DNA of 64,000 nt from Octopus sinensis (Eukaryota), in assembly GCF_006345805.1 (NCBI RefSeq), contig NC_043011.1:14396464-14460463 (forward strand), given 5' to 3'. The translations under genes and the position numbers were made by a program. Every line of letters begins with the position of its first letter. Position 1 is the first letter of the stretch. The notes below the pieces were generated by a model. That model was not told the DNA's origin and did no database searches. It worked only from the letters and a program-made list of their open reading frames with translations. Below are positions 27,233 through 41,055 of the stretch, one piece after another.

Positions 27233-28069
27233 TGTGTAACAAATGGTAAACTAATTCGTTTCAGGTTATTTAGTATAAAATTCAGTGTGAGTGATTGTGT
27301 GTTGTGTTAGTAAGAGTCAATACAACAGATAAAGCAAGGGGAAATAAACAGAATATGTACACTGGTACAACAGACAAATTATGTAAAATACTAGGTTTTA
27401 GGCAGATCCTTTTAAATTATTCTCATTCCATAATATTTACAAATCTAATTCAGATTTTAAAAAATAACTCTTGAAGTTAAAAATAATCATACAAATCATA
27501 GTGTAATCTTTCTTTTTACTTTGTATATTCAATTATTTATTTTTTCCTTTTATTATTATTCAAACCAGTTTGTGTTGAAATTATTCCCGCGCCGAGTTAG
27601 AAGATAACATTGTTCTTCAAAAGAAGCGTGACTTGTAAATGTTTCAATCTAACTGGTTGAAAATATAAGGAATATCAGAGAACAAAAATAAGAATTAAAA
27701 AAAAATGTGTTGTTAAAATGGGCGTAACTAACCCAACTCTGATTGTCAAGCGGAGACAAACCAAGCGCAAACGCAAAGACAAGCACAAACACCTATATAC
27801 ATGACAAGGTTCTTTTAGTTTCTGTCTACCAAATCCACTCACAAGCCTTTGGTTGGCCCGGGCTGCACCAGAAGATACTTACACCAGAAGGTACTTGCAG
27901 TGGAATTGCATCCAAGACCCCATATAATCTTCTTAACATACTAAGATGATAAATTTCAAAACATTTTATTATTTGGAACCCACTCAAAAAAAAAAAAAAG
28001 AAAAAATATGTAATGACTAAAATCGTTCTATGTCAATGCATTTGTTAATTAGTCCTTATTATGGTGCCA

Positions 28070-28373
28070 GTGAAGGCGCATGGTTCAGTGGTTAGAGCGT
28101 CGGCGGGTTGCGTGTTGTGTTCTTGAGCAAGACATTTTATTTCACGTTGCTCCAGTTCTCTCAGCTGTAGAAATGAGTTGCAACGTCACGGGTGCCAAGC
28201 TGTATCGGCCCCTTTGCCTTTCCCTTGGATAACACTGGTGGCATGGAGAGGGAAGGCCGGTGTGCATGGGCGACTGCTGGTCTTCCATAAATCGCCTTGC
28301 CCAGACTTGTGACTAGGAGGGTAACTTTCTAGGTGCAATCTCATGGTCAGTGTCGTGACCGAAGGAGGTCCCG
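28070..28373 (+). mobile_element. tRNA-derived CORE-type SINE, family D, 12-bp TSD
   Basis: A box TGGTTCAGTGG; CORE-like CTTGAGCAAGACATTTTATTTCACGTTGCTCCAGTTCTCTCAGCTGTAGAAATGAG; TSD ATTATGGTGCCA at 28058-28069 and 28374-28385. Confidence 0.85.
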
Positions 28374-28754
28374 ATTATGGTGCCATAATTGTTATACATC
28401 AAGAGAGAAAACAATTTAATTGGAGCTCACTTTCTGTTTCTCTACTGCTTAAATGTATTTCTTCCTGCCAGTTTGTTCTTGAATTTGGTTTGATCTCCAC
28501 GGTAGTGTACATATCCTATCGCACCTGCATCACGGCATATCTAGTTGTTTCTTCTAAAATTAACTCGTTTAATCTCTCATACCTACTGAGATGCAAGCAT
28601 GAAGAAAATAGTGAAACTTGATTCAAGATAATATAAATGCTCTTCAGGTATAAAAGTAAAGGACAAAAAAGACAAAAAACAAAACATTATTTCAGGAAAA
28701 CCTTGTCAAGTCATCCCGAAAACTTTCTGTAGACCCTTTTTATATTATTCTCTT

Positions 28755-28982
28755 TGCTCTTTTACTCGTTTCAGTCATTTGACTGCGGCCATGCTGGAGC
28801 ACCGCCTTTCGTCGAGCAAATCGACCCCAGGGCATATTCTTTGTAAGCCTAATACTTATTCTATCGGTCTCTTTTGCCGAACCAATAAGTTACGGGGACG
28901 TAAACACACCACACCATCGGTTGTCAAGCGATGTTGGGGGGACAAACACAGACACACAAACATATATATATACACACACACA

Positions 28983-29043
<61 letters not shown>

Positions 29044-29215
29044 CATATATACGACGGGCCTCTTTCAGTTTCCGTCTACCAATTACACTCACAAGGCTTT
29101 GGTCGACCCGAGGCTATAGTAGAACACTTGACCAAGGTATTACGCAGAGGGAATGAACCCGGAACCATGTGATTAGCAAGTAAGCTACTTACCACACAGC
29201 CATTCCCGCGCCTAT
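28755..29215 (-). mobile_element. SINE family A, full length, with internal (GT)n(AT)n array
   Basis: Reverse complement of 2579-2968 from head (GCGCCTAT) to tail (CTCTTTTACTCGTTTCAGTC); microsatellite at ~28945-29050. Confidence 0.9.
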
Positions 29216-29479
29216 GTGTGAAATAAGTTATGCTTTTACTGCGAACCTACTCCTCTTCTATTCTAAACTATCTGAACTTCTGTCTATTTTCTTATTCAAC
29301 ATTCTCATAAATTACGACATGTTGTTTCAACTTGTTTGTTGAATTACTACGCGTTACCTTTGATCTTCTTCCTTGTAATGTTAAACAAGTTTTTTCTTTT
29401 TCGTCCGAGTTAACACACCATTCTTAATGTATATTTAATTGTAATATGTTCACACATTTGTTAATTTGTTTGACACGCA

Positions 29480-29596
29480 TACTCACGCACACATACATAA
29501 ATGCACGCACACACACATACACAAATATATACGCATACATATACAGTGCAACTCTCCAATAGTGCAAGCACACACACACACACACAAACACACACA

Positions 29597-29658
<62 letters not shown>

Positions 29659-29695
29659 TAAACACAAGCACACACACACACTCACACACACACAT

Positions 29696-29730
<35 letters not shown>

Positions 29731-29753
29731 AACACAAACACACATACACTCTC

Positions 29754-29784
<31 letters not shown>

Positions 29785-29800
29785 AACACACACAAAACAC

Positions 29801-29856
<56 letters not shown>

Positions 29857-29870
29857 CGCACACACACACA
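29480..29870 (+). repeat. Imperfect (CA)n microsatellite
   Basis: Read directly. Confidence 0.96.
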
Positions 29871-30243
29871 GTTGCAGTGTAGCATTTTGTGTATATTGCT
29901 ATTGCATCCATTATCGTTTCTTTCGTTCGGAATTCACGGATATTGTTTTTCTACGGAATAATATTGTATTCAGAACTTCAAGCATTTATTTGAAGGAGTT
30001 CGATACTCTCTACGTCAAACACGATTTGATTTGTGCAAAATATAGAATCAAAATGTAAATTTCGACAACTCCTTTCTTTTATTCTTATTTATTTAACTCA
30101 ATATACGTTGTATTTTTAACCAACAGGATTCGTATATTTACTAAAATATCCATTTTAACAACACATTTTTTAATTCTTATTTTTGTACTCCGATATTCCT
30201 TATATTTTCAACCAGTTAGATGAAACATTTACAAGTCACGCTT

Positions 30244-30343
30244 NNNNNNNNNNNNNNNNNNNNNNNNNNNNNNNNNNNNNNNNNNNNNNNNNNNNNNNNN
30301 NNNNNNNNNNNNNNNNNNNNNNNNNNNNNNNNNNNNNNNNNNN
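30244..30343. other. Assembly gap (100 N)
   Basis: Run of N bases. Confidence 1.
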
Positions 30344-30440
30344 ATAAGAAATTTGTAGGGAAATTAACTAAGTGTACGGATTTAAGTGAAATTTTTGAAG
30401 TTACTTCTGTCAGTAAATTATGAACTTATTTTTATTAGTA

Positions 30441-31153
30441 GTCGACTCAACAGAGGGACCAGCTGTCCAAATTGACAGTACTTTGGTAGATAAAGCAATT
30501 AAGAATATGAAGACAAGGAAAGCCCCCGCCTATCAGGAATCACTGCTATATTTCTGGTAAGACAGCTGCAGGAGAAATACTTGGCCAAAGATAAACCTCT
30601 GTACTCGGCTTTCGTTGACATAGAGAAAGCCTTTGACAGGGTCCCCCGATCCCTTATCTGGTGGTCAATGAGGAAACTAGGGATAGATGAATGGTTAGTG
30701 AGAGCTGTGCAAGCCATGTACGGGACGCTATCAGGAAAGTGAGGGTTGGCAACAAGTACAGTGAAGAATTCCGGGTAGAGGTAGGGGGTCCACCAAGATT
30801 CAGTCCTAGCCCTCTCCTATTTATCATAGTCCTCTAGGCAATAACAGAGGAATTCATGACAGGATGCCCCTGGGAGCTCCTCTATGCTGAGGTGGCACGT
30901 AAAAAACACCATTTGAGCGTGGCCGTTGCAGTACCGCCTGACTGACCCTCGTACCGGTGGCACGTAAAAACACCCATTACACTCTCGGAGTGGTTGGCGT
31001 TAGGAAGAACATCCAGCTGTAGAAACTCTGCCAGATCAGATTGGAGCCTGGTGCAGCCATCCAGTTCACCAGTCCTCAGTCAAATCGTCCAACCCATGTC
31101 AGCGTGGAAAGCGGACGTTAAAGGATGACGATGATGATGATGAGGATGATGAT
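30441..31153 (+). mobile_element. Internally deleted RTE-clade LINE with (GAT)n tail
   Basis: IFLVRQLQEKYLAKDKPLYSAFVDIEKAFDRVPRSLIWWSMRKLGIDEWLVRAVQAMY and TGCPWELLYA, then a direct jump to the 3' UTR (GGCGTTAGGAAGAACATCCAGCTG...GGACGTTAAA) and GAT repeats. Confidence 0.92.
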
Positions 31154-32106
31154 GATGATGATGACGATGATGAATTCCGTCAACAAAAAAAACACACAAA
31201 ACATTGCAAAAGTATATAAGAAATTTGTAGGCAAATTTAACGGATTAAAGTGAAATTTATGAAGTTACTTCTGTCAGTAAATTATGTATGAAATTACTTT
31301 TATCATTAATTGTGAACTTCTTTCTGTCAGTAATTTGTCGTCGTTGTTTGTAAATAGCGATTGAAAACTTACTGTGAAAACAATAGCAATTGAACTTAAA
31401 GTGAAAACAATTGAGTTTGAGAAATGAAAGTGAAAACAATCGAATGTGAGTGAGATATAGAGAGAGGGAGACAGAGATAGAATGAGCTAGTTAGTTAGAC
31501 AAATAAGATAGATATAGATAGATAGATAAGATATAGACAGATAGATGCAGATAGATAGATAGATATAGTGATAGAGATGGATAGAGAGATATTGACAGAG
31601 AGATATAGAGACATATAGATAGGTAGAGATAGATAGAGAGAGATGGATAGGGAGATATAGATAGTTATAGACGTCACTGACGCTAGAAAAGCGGAAGTAA
31701 ATATTTTAAAAACTTTCAAAAAGCAATGTTTTTTATTTTTGATAAAAAAAAAAATCAAATGACGAGTCTAACATGTGTCCGAGGTCAAATAATTCACGCA
31801 TCACAAGTATGGAAACAATTGGTGAAGCCGCTTTAGCGTGAAAAGCACATATATGTATTTGACATATTAGATGAGATTGTGACAATTTTTGACCAATGGA
31901 TGTAAGGGAGACAACCAATTTCTAAAAGTTACTTCACAAAGAGTTACCTCCTTTTTATACGTAATCCAGGACCATATGCTTTCTTCCCCAGGGGCCCGTT
32001 ACTCATTAATTGAAAAATTTTAAGAGTCTAAAACCACCCCTGGAACATAAGTAATGTATGTTCCCAGTTTGGAAAAAATCAGTTGAAAATTATGGCCGTG
32101 ATAATC

Positions 32107-32142
<36 letters not shown>

Positions 32143-32263
32143 ACCCACCCACACACACAGAGAACGGGATTTATATTATATATATATAGAATATATTTTC
32201 AAAGAGGTTTCCAAGTTCCAGCTCAATTTGAAAAAAAAATTAGAATCGCCAGTGTGCTTGTGT

Positions 32264-32319
<56 letters not shown>

Positions 32320-32649
32320 CACCTCTCTCTCGAATGAACAAAAAGTGAATGATAATTAAACGTTGAGGTTGGTTTAGAAAAAAGCAATATTGAAATTTAT
32401 GAGGAATAGAAAAGGGCTATAAGACCCATACTACATTTGAGAAGGTTAATTGATATGTAGAACTAGAATTGCATGGTTTAACGTTAGTGCTAATCTATTT
32501 TTAATCCAGTGGTATTGTAGGCTTCAAAGGTTCTTTCAAAGTGTCAATATTTAAGTAAATATCTACCATCCTCTAATTAAACCATGTGTAATACTATTTA
32601 TCTAGTATGAGGCTGTATAATAATCGCATCGTTTTGTTCTATGTGATCA

Positions 32650-33715
32650 ACGTCTTTCAAGTAGCTTTCCCTTTATATCAAAATACGTGTTATGTTCTTT
32701 CAAAATCCTGTTGTAGTTGGATAATGTTATATTCTTCTTTTCTGTATGTCTGAAGGAAGAAGTATCGATTGAAGCAAAGTTGTTCAACTTTACTTTCCAC
32801 TCTACATTGAGGTTCGGTTTGGTGAACGTGACTTCACGTTTTTATATTTAATCGCTTCGGCATTACAAAATTGAAGAAGATGCTTCATGTTTCCTCATTT
32901 CAGTTAACTTAGTTTAATTGCTACACAATTTTTCATGTTGTGCGTACAGCTCTAACTCATCTTTTAGTGTTTCCATTAGCTAGGTTTCTGTAGCGGTTAT
33001 TGTTTGGGAAATGTTTATCTATCAGTGATAGAACTTTTTAAGAATATTAGACTTAAGAAGGTGTGAATTATATGATGTTGCAGTGTCTCTTCTTTATATT
33101 GAATAACAGAAAGTAAGATATATATATATATATATATAATCTATCTTTTGATACTTCTAGCTTCTAATGCGCTATTATAATAAAGAGTTGCTCAATGAAG
33201 ATCGCTGACAAGGTGAAAATGATTCTACTCATATTATGTATGCAAATTTTTAATTTCTTTGCTTCAAAGTTTGTATTTGTTATAAAATTGCGGGCAACAT
33301 CTTTCAAATTTACGATAATAATATCATTGATGTTTAAGACGAGAGTTTTAAAGACATTAAGAAGATTATTACTAAATGTATTAAATATATATCCATTTCA
33401 ATGTTGGGATACTATCAAACATTATTTTGCTAATTTTTTTAGTACATCTGGAATAATTAGGCTAAAAATAGTGAATATCTTTGGACGACCAACCAACTTT
33501 ATTCTGACATCGAAAAATCTGTGGTTTGAGCGTTTTGACTCTGGTAGAGTTTTTATCAAAGAGCAGAATCTTTCTTGCAAGCAATAATGATATCTACACT
33601 ATTGTCATCTATTTGTATCGTACACGCTAGCAAAATACAGGGTACTAAATAAGACAGGTTTAGAGACAGAAAGATAACACACAGAACTAAGTTTTCTTGA
33701 AGGCATTTATTATAA
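32650..33715 (-). mobile_element. Degraded Penelope-like element (Neptune-type RT to GIY-YIG remnants)
   Basis: Frameshifted pieces IDDNSVDIII, LLARKILLFDKNSTRVK, YPNIEMDIY, PAIL*QI, YYNSALEA, SSFRHTEKKNITLSNY match the order of Neptune-type motifs; cut at its 5' side by the Helitron at 33717. Confidence 0.6.
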
Positions 33716-33716
33716 A

Positions 33717-34025
33717 CTAGCACTATGACCCGGCAACGCGAGTACTGTCCAAATCTCCGACCAATCACATACAGCTAGCTGGCATTCAATTGGCGTATCA
33801 AGTTTCGGGCATTTTGATTGGGTTTTGGATAGAAAATTCACAAAAGTGTCACTTCTATTGATTTTTTAATGGCTTTGCGGGGTGACTGAGGAAATGTAAA
33901 GATGTGGACGACCACCCTTGGGCAGTTTTGAATGACTATAGAAAGTGCGAGCCCTCTAACTGAAACATTGTGGATTTGTATAAAGGACACACACACAGAC
34001 ATTTTGCCGTTTATATATAGAGAGA
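33717..34025 (-). mobile_element. Short non-autonomous Helitron
   Basis: Minus strand begins A|TCTCTCTATATATAAAC and ends with a GC-rich subterminal segment plus CTAG|T (33717-33720). Confidence 0.8.
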
Positions 34026-34092
34026 TATTGTTAAATCAGCTAATGGCGGTTGTTGTGGTGTAGTTTGCTTCTTAATAGTTTAATTTATTATA

Positions 34093-34305
34093 GTAGCGAG
34101 CTGACAGAATCGTTAGCGCACCAGGTAAATATTAGTGGCATTTCGCACGTATTTACGTTCTGAGTTCAAATTTCCCCGAAGTCGACTTTGCCTTTCACGC
34201 TTTCGAGGACGATAAAATAAATACCATTGAAGCACTAAGATCAATGCAACTGGCTTACTTCATGTCCACGAAATCCTGGCCTTGTGTCAAAATTTGAAAC
34301 CAATA
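34093..34305 (+). mobile_element. SINE family C copy
   Basis: GCGAGCTGACAGAATCGTTAGC..TTCTGAGTTCAAATT..GTCGACTTTGCCTTTCA matches 58583-58817. Confidence 0.85.
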
Positions 34306-34832
34306 TTTCAGTAAATTTTATTGAAACTTTTCTTAATAATCCGTTCTCTGTTTTTTTTTTTATCCGGGAGTAATTTAATTTAAATTTGAACTGAAGACAA
34401 AGTTCTCTTTATAGTCTTTATGCGACATGATTACCTTTTAGAGGGATGTTTAGCCTATTATCTAGATTAATTTTATTAGCTATATTTTTCACTAAGTGCC
34501 TATTTTATAAGTTTGTTCTCTAGTCTTAATATTTTGAGTAATTCACTCATTAAGGAGTTGTGTATAGTTGTGTAGTTGTTCTTATAGAAGAGACGTTTAG
34601 TAAAATTTCTTAATATCAGAACCATGTTTATTTGGGAAGATACTAGAGTACATAGCGAAATGTATATCTGGAAACATGTCTGAAATACAGGATTGGAATA
34701 GTTCAATCAAATTATTTGATTTGCGAGTGGCTTTTGTACGCCTCATGCCTCAGTAGTCGATTGCTGTTTCAGTGATTTCAGAGAAGAAAGCTTTCTAGTG
34801 GCACATAAATTTAAATATTGAAATATACTTCA

Positions 34833-34897
<65 letters not shown>

Positions 34898-34925
34898 CAT
34901 ACAGTATATGTGTATTCATTCATTG

Positions 34926-34958
<33 letters not shown>

Positions 34959-34972
34959 CATAATATATATAT

Positions 34973-35007
<35 letters not shown>

Positions 35008-36189
35008 GCATACATACACGCACGCACACACACACACACATATTATATATACGTATATAAATATATATATGTTTGTATATCTACAAATACACACACAAGC
35101 ATGCTTATAAAAATGTACAAAAGCATTCTTCCGCTTTTCTCTCTCTTTCTTTGCATCTCACACAAACCTTTCATAAAATGCTAGGAATATGACATAATGC
35201 AGATATGTCGCACTTAGATTACATTTTCTACATTGCATTTGCATTCGGTCAACATAATTTAATTCTATATTGGTCTATTATGTATTAGAATGTAATGCAA
35301 TAGTTTTCCGTATAATATATTTTATCTCATGTAACTCTTTTCTTATACCAAGCTTTAATATATTCAGAGTCGTAAATATGTTTTATTGAAGAAGACCATG
35401 TGTCAGTTGACCCCAGTGTATAGTTTTCTTGTTAATGACCTGGGCCTACATCACAATTCACAACTTGCGCATTTATATTTATATTCAGTATTTTTCCATT
35501 TATTTCTGGCTATGGCAGCTTCGTAAATGAAATTCGATACCACGGAAAGTGAGAAGAGAAAAATAATGAAACTGATAGTGAATTGATAGGTGAAGCTAAC
35601 GTTTTTCTTCAACTTGCGAGTCAGTGTTCCACATTTAGTTTTATACTTTTGTTTCATTGCTTCTTTTTATTGTAGAAAGTACATTTCGAAAGAGCATTAG
35701 AATCAGAAAGTTCAAATTTGGTCTATCAGAACAACGTTGTTTTTTTTTTCTTAGAGATTTTGTTTCATTATGTATTCTAGTAGCTGTCACACTGAGATAG
35801 TTTCTGAAATGTATTTCCAATTTTACATCTCCCTCTCCCACCGTGTCCATCTCCTAGGGCTGCTGGATGGAGACAGAGAAGGGCAATTGTTATGCTGATG
35901 GCAATTTCCTACTGAGGCAGAAACACATATCAACGACTCTCCTCTTATCTCCAGGCAATAAGTTTGTTCTTTTCATTAATGGCAAGTCAGTACTGGAGAA
36001 TTAATGATTGAGGGATTGTCTCCCCTTCCCATATGGAGATGCTCTCAGTTGGCATTTACAATTGTTGCGCATGCTCTAGCGACTGAGACAGTTTTATAAA
36101 TCAAGAATTGATATACCTATATTCTCCCCACTCTCTCTCTCTTTACTCTCGATATATATGTATATATATATTATATATTATTATAATAT

Positions 36190-36237
<48 letters not shown>

Positions 36238-36542
36238 TACTAATATAGGATGAAGTTTTTTTTATAGAAAAAAATTCCATCAAAAAATGTGGCAGCATAT
36301 TAAAATACCTTTAAGGTCAAAATTATAAACGACTTATAAATAAGGACTAAAGAAAATTATTTCTATGCCAATATGCTGATAACAAACTTTTAAATCGTTA
36401 TTTCCACATATTATTTACTCGCTACAGAAAAACACGAAGAGCTGAAATCGAGGAAAGCCGGCCGATAGAATTTTAAAAAAAAGTTCGTTATTTCTATACT
36501 GAATCAATTTCGGAATTAATCTCATAATAGATTTTTTTCCTT

Positions 36543-38337
36543 GCACGTCGGTCCGTCAGGGATGCCCCCTTCGGCGCCGCTTCTATACGTATGACTCTTG
36601 AGCCACTACTGCGGAAGCTGGCGACCTCTAAGGGGCATCCCGCGAGATTGGGATGCGGGACGAGCGTGTCTGCATACGCGGACGACGTCACCGTCATAGT
36701 GTCTAGCCACGAGCACATCGAGTGGTCGGCGGGACACTGAAAAACTACGAAGCGGTGGGTGACAGGAGCGACGAAATCAACCGGGAAAAGTCAGTGGGCT
36801 TGCGACTAGGCACCTGGAGAAGCAAGCCCATGCCGTCCACCAGCGCTCGTCGTGGGACGCTGGACCGACGGCCCGGTTGAGTTGCTCGGGGTCTGGTTTG
36901 TCCGGACCCAAGTGGAGAAGAACTGGAACGAGATAACGAGTAGGGTGGTCACTCCGCCCGGCAATGGGACGAGAGAGGAAACTGTCCCTAAAAGTCGAGC
37001 GGAGTGGCGAACCACGTACATCGCGTCCGTCATCTACTACCGCCTGACCGTCATACCTTGTCCCGACCCTACCTCACCAAACTACAACGCATCCTCTTTC
37101 GCCTCTTGTGGAAAGGATGCGTCCCGAGGGTCAGGCGATCCATTTGCTGTCAACACCCGTTAAAAGGAGGGCTGGCATGCCGTGGTTGATGATGCGCAGA
37201 CACGCGCTGAGACTGCGACATCTCTGGCTCTATGTAGACGACGGTGAACAGGTGTGGTCGCCGTTTGTGAGGCACGCTTTCCGCAGCTCGTCTCCATGAC
37301 CGAACTGCAGTCGGGATCAAAAAGAGGCCGAGGAAGGGCGAATGGCACCGCGAGTGTCGCGTTGCTCTCAAGCAATCTGCCGTCCTGGGTCGACCTTAAG
37401 TGACTTCAACACAACCAAAGCATTCTATAGGGGTTTAGTGGAGGGGAGGACGACGACGAGCTCGGGGCGAACCTGGACGTCGACGAGGAGTACCTGACCC
37501 GCCTGTTCGGGACGACTTTGGGCCAGGGCCCATGGACAACTTCCAGAGATCCTGGCCTGGCAGTGCTACCGAGAAGCGCTACCCGTTCGGGATAAGCTCT
37601 ACAGACACGGCTCGAGAAACACGGGCCGACCTGCCCGAGATGCGGTCAGAGCGACGAACACGTTCTGCACGCACTCGTCAGTGTCCAACAATTCCGACCT
37701 GTGGGCTTATGTCGAACAACTGCTGTCACGTGTGGGACGAGTCGGTTTATCAGCTGAGTCTATCGTCAATATTGTCACGCCTCCTTCCTTCAAACGGGAA
37801 GGAAGAGCTATTTCATCATCCTTGTGGTATGGCGAAAGAATGTATCTGGTGGACGCGTCTGAAAGGATTGGAGACAAACACTTTCCTCTCTGGTCAATCT
37901 CTCATCAACTTCTTCAAGTACCACTTGAAAAGGAAAGTGAGAGTAGAGAGGCAAGTTTGTCTAGCGATGTTTTAAAAAAAGATGGGGGAATGTAGCAAGA
38001 ATGGCACGTATGAATGACGAAGCCACCTTGAGCATAGTCTATGAACCCAGAAATCGAAAACAGAGAGTTGCTTATTGCAAAAAAAAAAAAAAAAAAAAAA
38101 ATATAAAATGTGACTTCATTGACCGAGGTTACCGTGGTCTTTTCCGCAGGCTTTTCTTTCCACGGGTTAAACCTCACCTGTCCTCCCCTTTACACTTCAT
38201 ATTGACATTTCTGTGATAACGATCCCTATTGATCATTTTTTTTTTCCTCTCCCCCCCCCTTTTTTTTTTTTTTTTTTAACCCCCTTATTTTGTCCTCTTT
38301 CTCTCCTTTACGATCCCTTTTGATCGAACCTCCCCTT

Positions 38338-38372
<35 letters not shown>

Positions 38373-38445
38373 CCTTCAAAAGAAAAGCTCTACCTTGTAA
38401 TTTGTTCTATCTGTGTGCAGCCCTGTGTGGCTAATAAAGAAACAT
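36543..38445 (+). mobile_element. 5'-truncated Tx1-like (L1 clade) LINE: RT C-terminus, zinc knuckle, 3' UTR
   Basis: SVRQGCP, LEPLLRKL, SAYADDVTVIVS, CPRCGQSDEH..H; GC-rich relative to the window; many 1-nt frameshifts; ends AATAAAGAAAC before (TATC)n. Confidence 0.9.
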
Positions 38446-38446
38446 A

Positions 38447-38463
38447 TCTACCTATCTATCTAC

Positions 38464-38525
<62 letters not shown>

Positions 38526-38660
38526 GCCTGTCTGTCTGTCTGTCTGTCTGTCTATCTGTCTGTCTGTATGTCTGTCTGTCTATCTATCTATCTGTCTGCC
38601 TGTCTGTCTGTCTGTCTGCCTGCCTGTCTGCCTGTCTGTCTGGTTGTGTGTGTGTGTGTT
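38447..38660 (+). repeat. (TATC)n(TGTC)n microsatellite
   Basis: Read directly. Confidence 0.97.
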
Positions 38661-39842
38661 TATGTATTTTTTTATTTTTTCATTTAGAATTGGAGAGATA
38701 GAGATAGTAGTTTCTCAGTATTTTTTTTATTTCTTTCATAATTCTCCCTTATTCATTTTGCTTCCCTTTTTCTTTTTCTCATTCGGTTCCGACATTTCCT
38801 TCACGTGTTTCTTACTTCTTGTTGTGGGTTTTTTAATCACTTTCTTTTCAAATATCCGCTCCAACTTTCTTTATGATTCGATTTTTCGATTTTGTCAATC
38901 CATAAAGAAGCTATAACGTAAGTATATAAATCCACACGAGTGACAGTAATCGAAAAGTTTTCAACATATAAACGTCTTACAAGCACAACTGTGTCTATAA
39001 AGATTGTCTTTGTTTTCCAATAGATAATGTACTAAGTTTCGTATGTTACAGAAAACATATTCATGTTTTATTAATATTTGAGATTTCCCTTCGCTAACTG
39101 TCGTAATGGCGACTATTTCGGAGTATATTAACAGGTATAATAACTGCTATTGAGCTTGAATAATTCTTTTCTATTTCTCGAGGTATTACCATCATGGGAC
39201 CTTATAAGGATATCATTTTCCATTTATTGTGGGGATGTAAAATATATGATGAGTTTACAAAGACAGTGAAGCGATTGGTTTCTCAAAAGTCATTCACAAA
39301 CGTAGTTGGATACGTTCAACACACATAGATACAAACAGCTCATTGTATTCGCAGAGAACTTAGTTTCCGTTCAATACTTCTCTGGTTCTCAAGATAGGTG
39401 AACTTTACTGACGGAAGCAAAACGAGCGGAGGAAATCTTTGACAGTGTATTAAACTTTTGACATTCCCCCAAGAGGTTAGCTGTACAATTATATGAAGAA
39501 ATATTTGCACATGATACTCGTCTCTCTCTCTTTCTCTCTGTCAAACCATAACGTGACCTCACATGACGAGAGATTCTTACCAAGAGTTAAACTTTTGTTA
39601 GTTTCAAACTTTCCTTCAAAACTCCAGAGATAATAAAGATTATATTTCGATCAATAAATTCTTTGATGGGACACATTCTTTACTCAAGAAATCAATATTT
39701 GATAAGTGCGCGCTTCCATACTATACAATGACATGCCTATGTTAACATTTATTCACACACACACACGACGAACTACTGAAATTTCTTTCTGTCTACATAA
39801 CGTATAATCTAATATCTCTCCTTTCTCTGCATGTATGTATGT

Positions 39843-39922
<80 letters not shown>

Positions 39923-39950
39923 CTTTAATTTAAGCAGCAGAAAATTCAAC

Positions 39951-39997
39951 AAAATCTGTTACTCTGAGTTTCTCGTTGCCGTTCATCAGACAGTTTT
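39951..39997 (-). ncRNA. Type I hammerhead ribozyme in the 3' pseudo-LTR
   Basis: Reverse complement of 42140-42186; sense to the PLE ORF. Confidence 0.65.
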
Positions 39998-41055
39998 TGC
40001 TAGAATGGAACCGATATATCAACTCAATCTAGACTCTTACAAACGCTACACCTTTAAAATGAAATGGACTTGTTTGATTGGCCCTTTAGAAAAAAACGGT
40101 CAATCTTCGAGCGATAAACAAAAAGGTCAAAAATATATGTATATATATATAAAAAAGCTTATAAAATTATAAAATCCGAGGAAAAACCTTACATTGAAAT
40201 AATACATATTGACATTAATGAAGAAAGTATAATTAATTCATAGGAATTAAACCTGTTATAAATATTACACTGCAATACATATTTTTATTAAAATGTGCAT
40301 ATATATATCAACATACACAAAAAGGATGCGCGCCAACGCCATACATATACAGACGTATGAATATAAATCTAAATATACACATAAATGCATGTGTACATAT
40401 ATTCACGCAAAACCATCTCGCACGCAAGTTAAAAATCATGTATGTAGCGATTCTCATATACTGAGTAAGGGGGGGGACGAAAGAAAGGAAGAGAGAGAAA
40501 AAGGAACGAAGCAGGGGTGGGGAAAAAACGATATAAGAAAAAATTATGTATACAATCTGTGTAACGGCGTTATTGGCATATATGGAGACAAGTATACAAA
40601 CAAGTTCGTATGGATACATACATACAGTCGTGTATATGTGTGCTTAAGCACAAACATACTCTCACTTACACATACACAGATACGCATGCTTACAAATACA
40701 TATCCTCGGCTATACACATACTTACATCAACATTTTAATTTTGACAACATTGCTTTTTTTTAAAAGAATGGGTGCATTAATAAAAATATATACGAAAGAC
40801 ATATAAAATAAAATATAACACCCTATTTTGGATCATTTATAAATAATCAAGGTAATATAAATAATCAAGGTAATCCTATACAATACAGTAACCTGAAAAC
40901 AGGGTCGAAGGTTTTTCCTGATGTATATGTAGAAACATAAGACTTTGCTATACGGATTAAGATCCGCATAGCTTGGAAAACAAAATCCATTGTAGCGCTC
41001 ATCGTTCAAGAGTCAAAATCAAAATTTCAAAAATCAAAAATACAAAATATATACT

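Noticed and set aside
30344-31290. ~75-bp direct repeat (30344-30425, 31216-31285) flanking the deleted RTE, as LTRs or TSD
   Set aside because: Diverged, not at the RTE boundaries and adjacent to an assembly gap; more likely internal repeats of an older element.
35855-35960. Candidate exon after CCATCTCCTAG (GCWMETEKGNCYADG..)
   Set aside because: No canonical donor and no recognisable protein similarity.
39385-39500. FTDGSKT RNase H-like motif
   Set aside because: Seven-residue match followed by a stop; no other RNase H residues confirmed.
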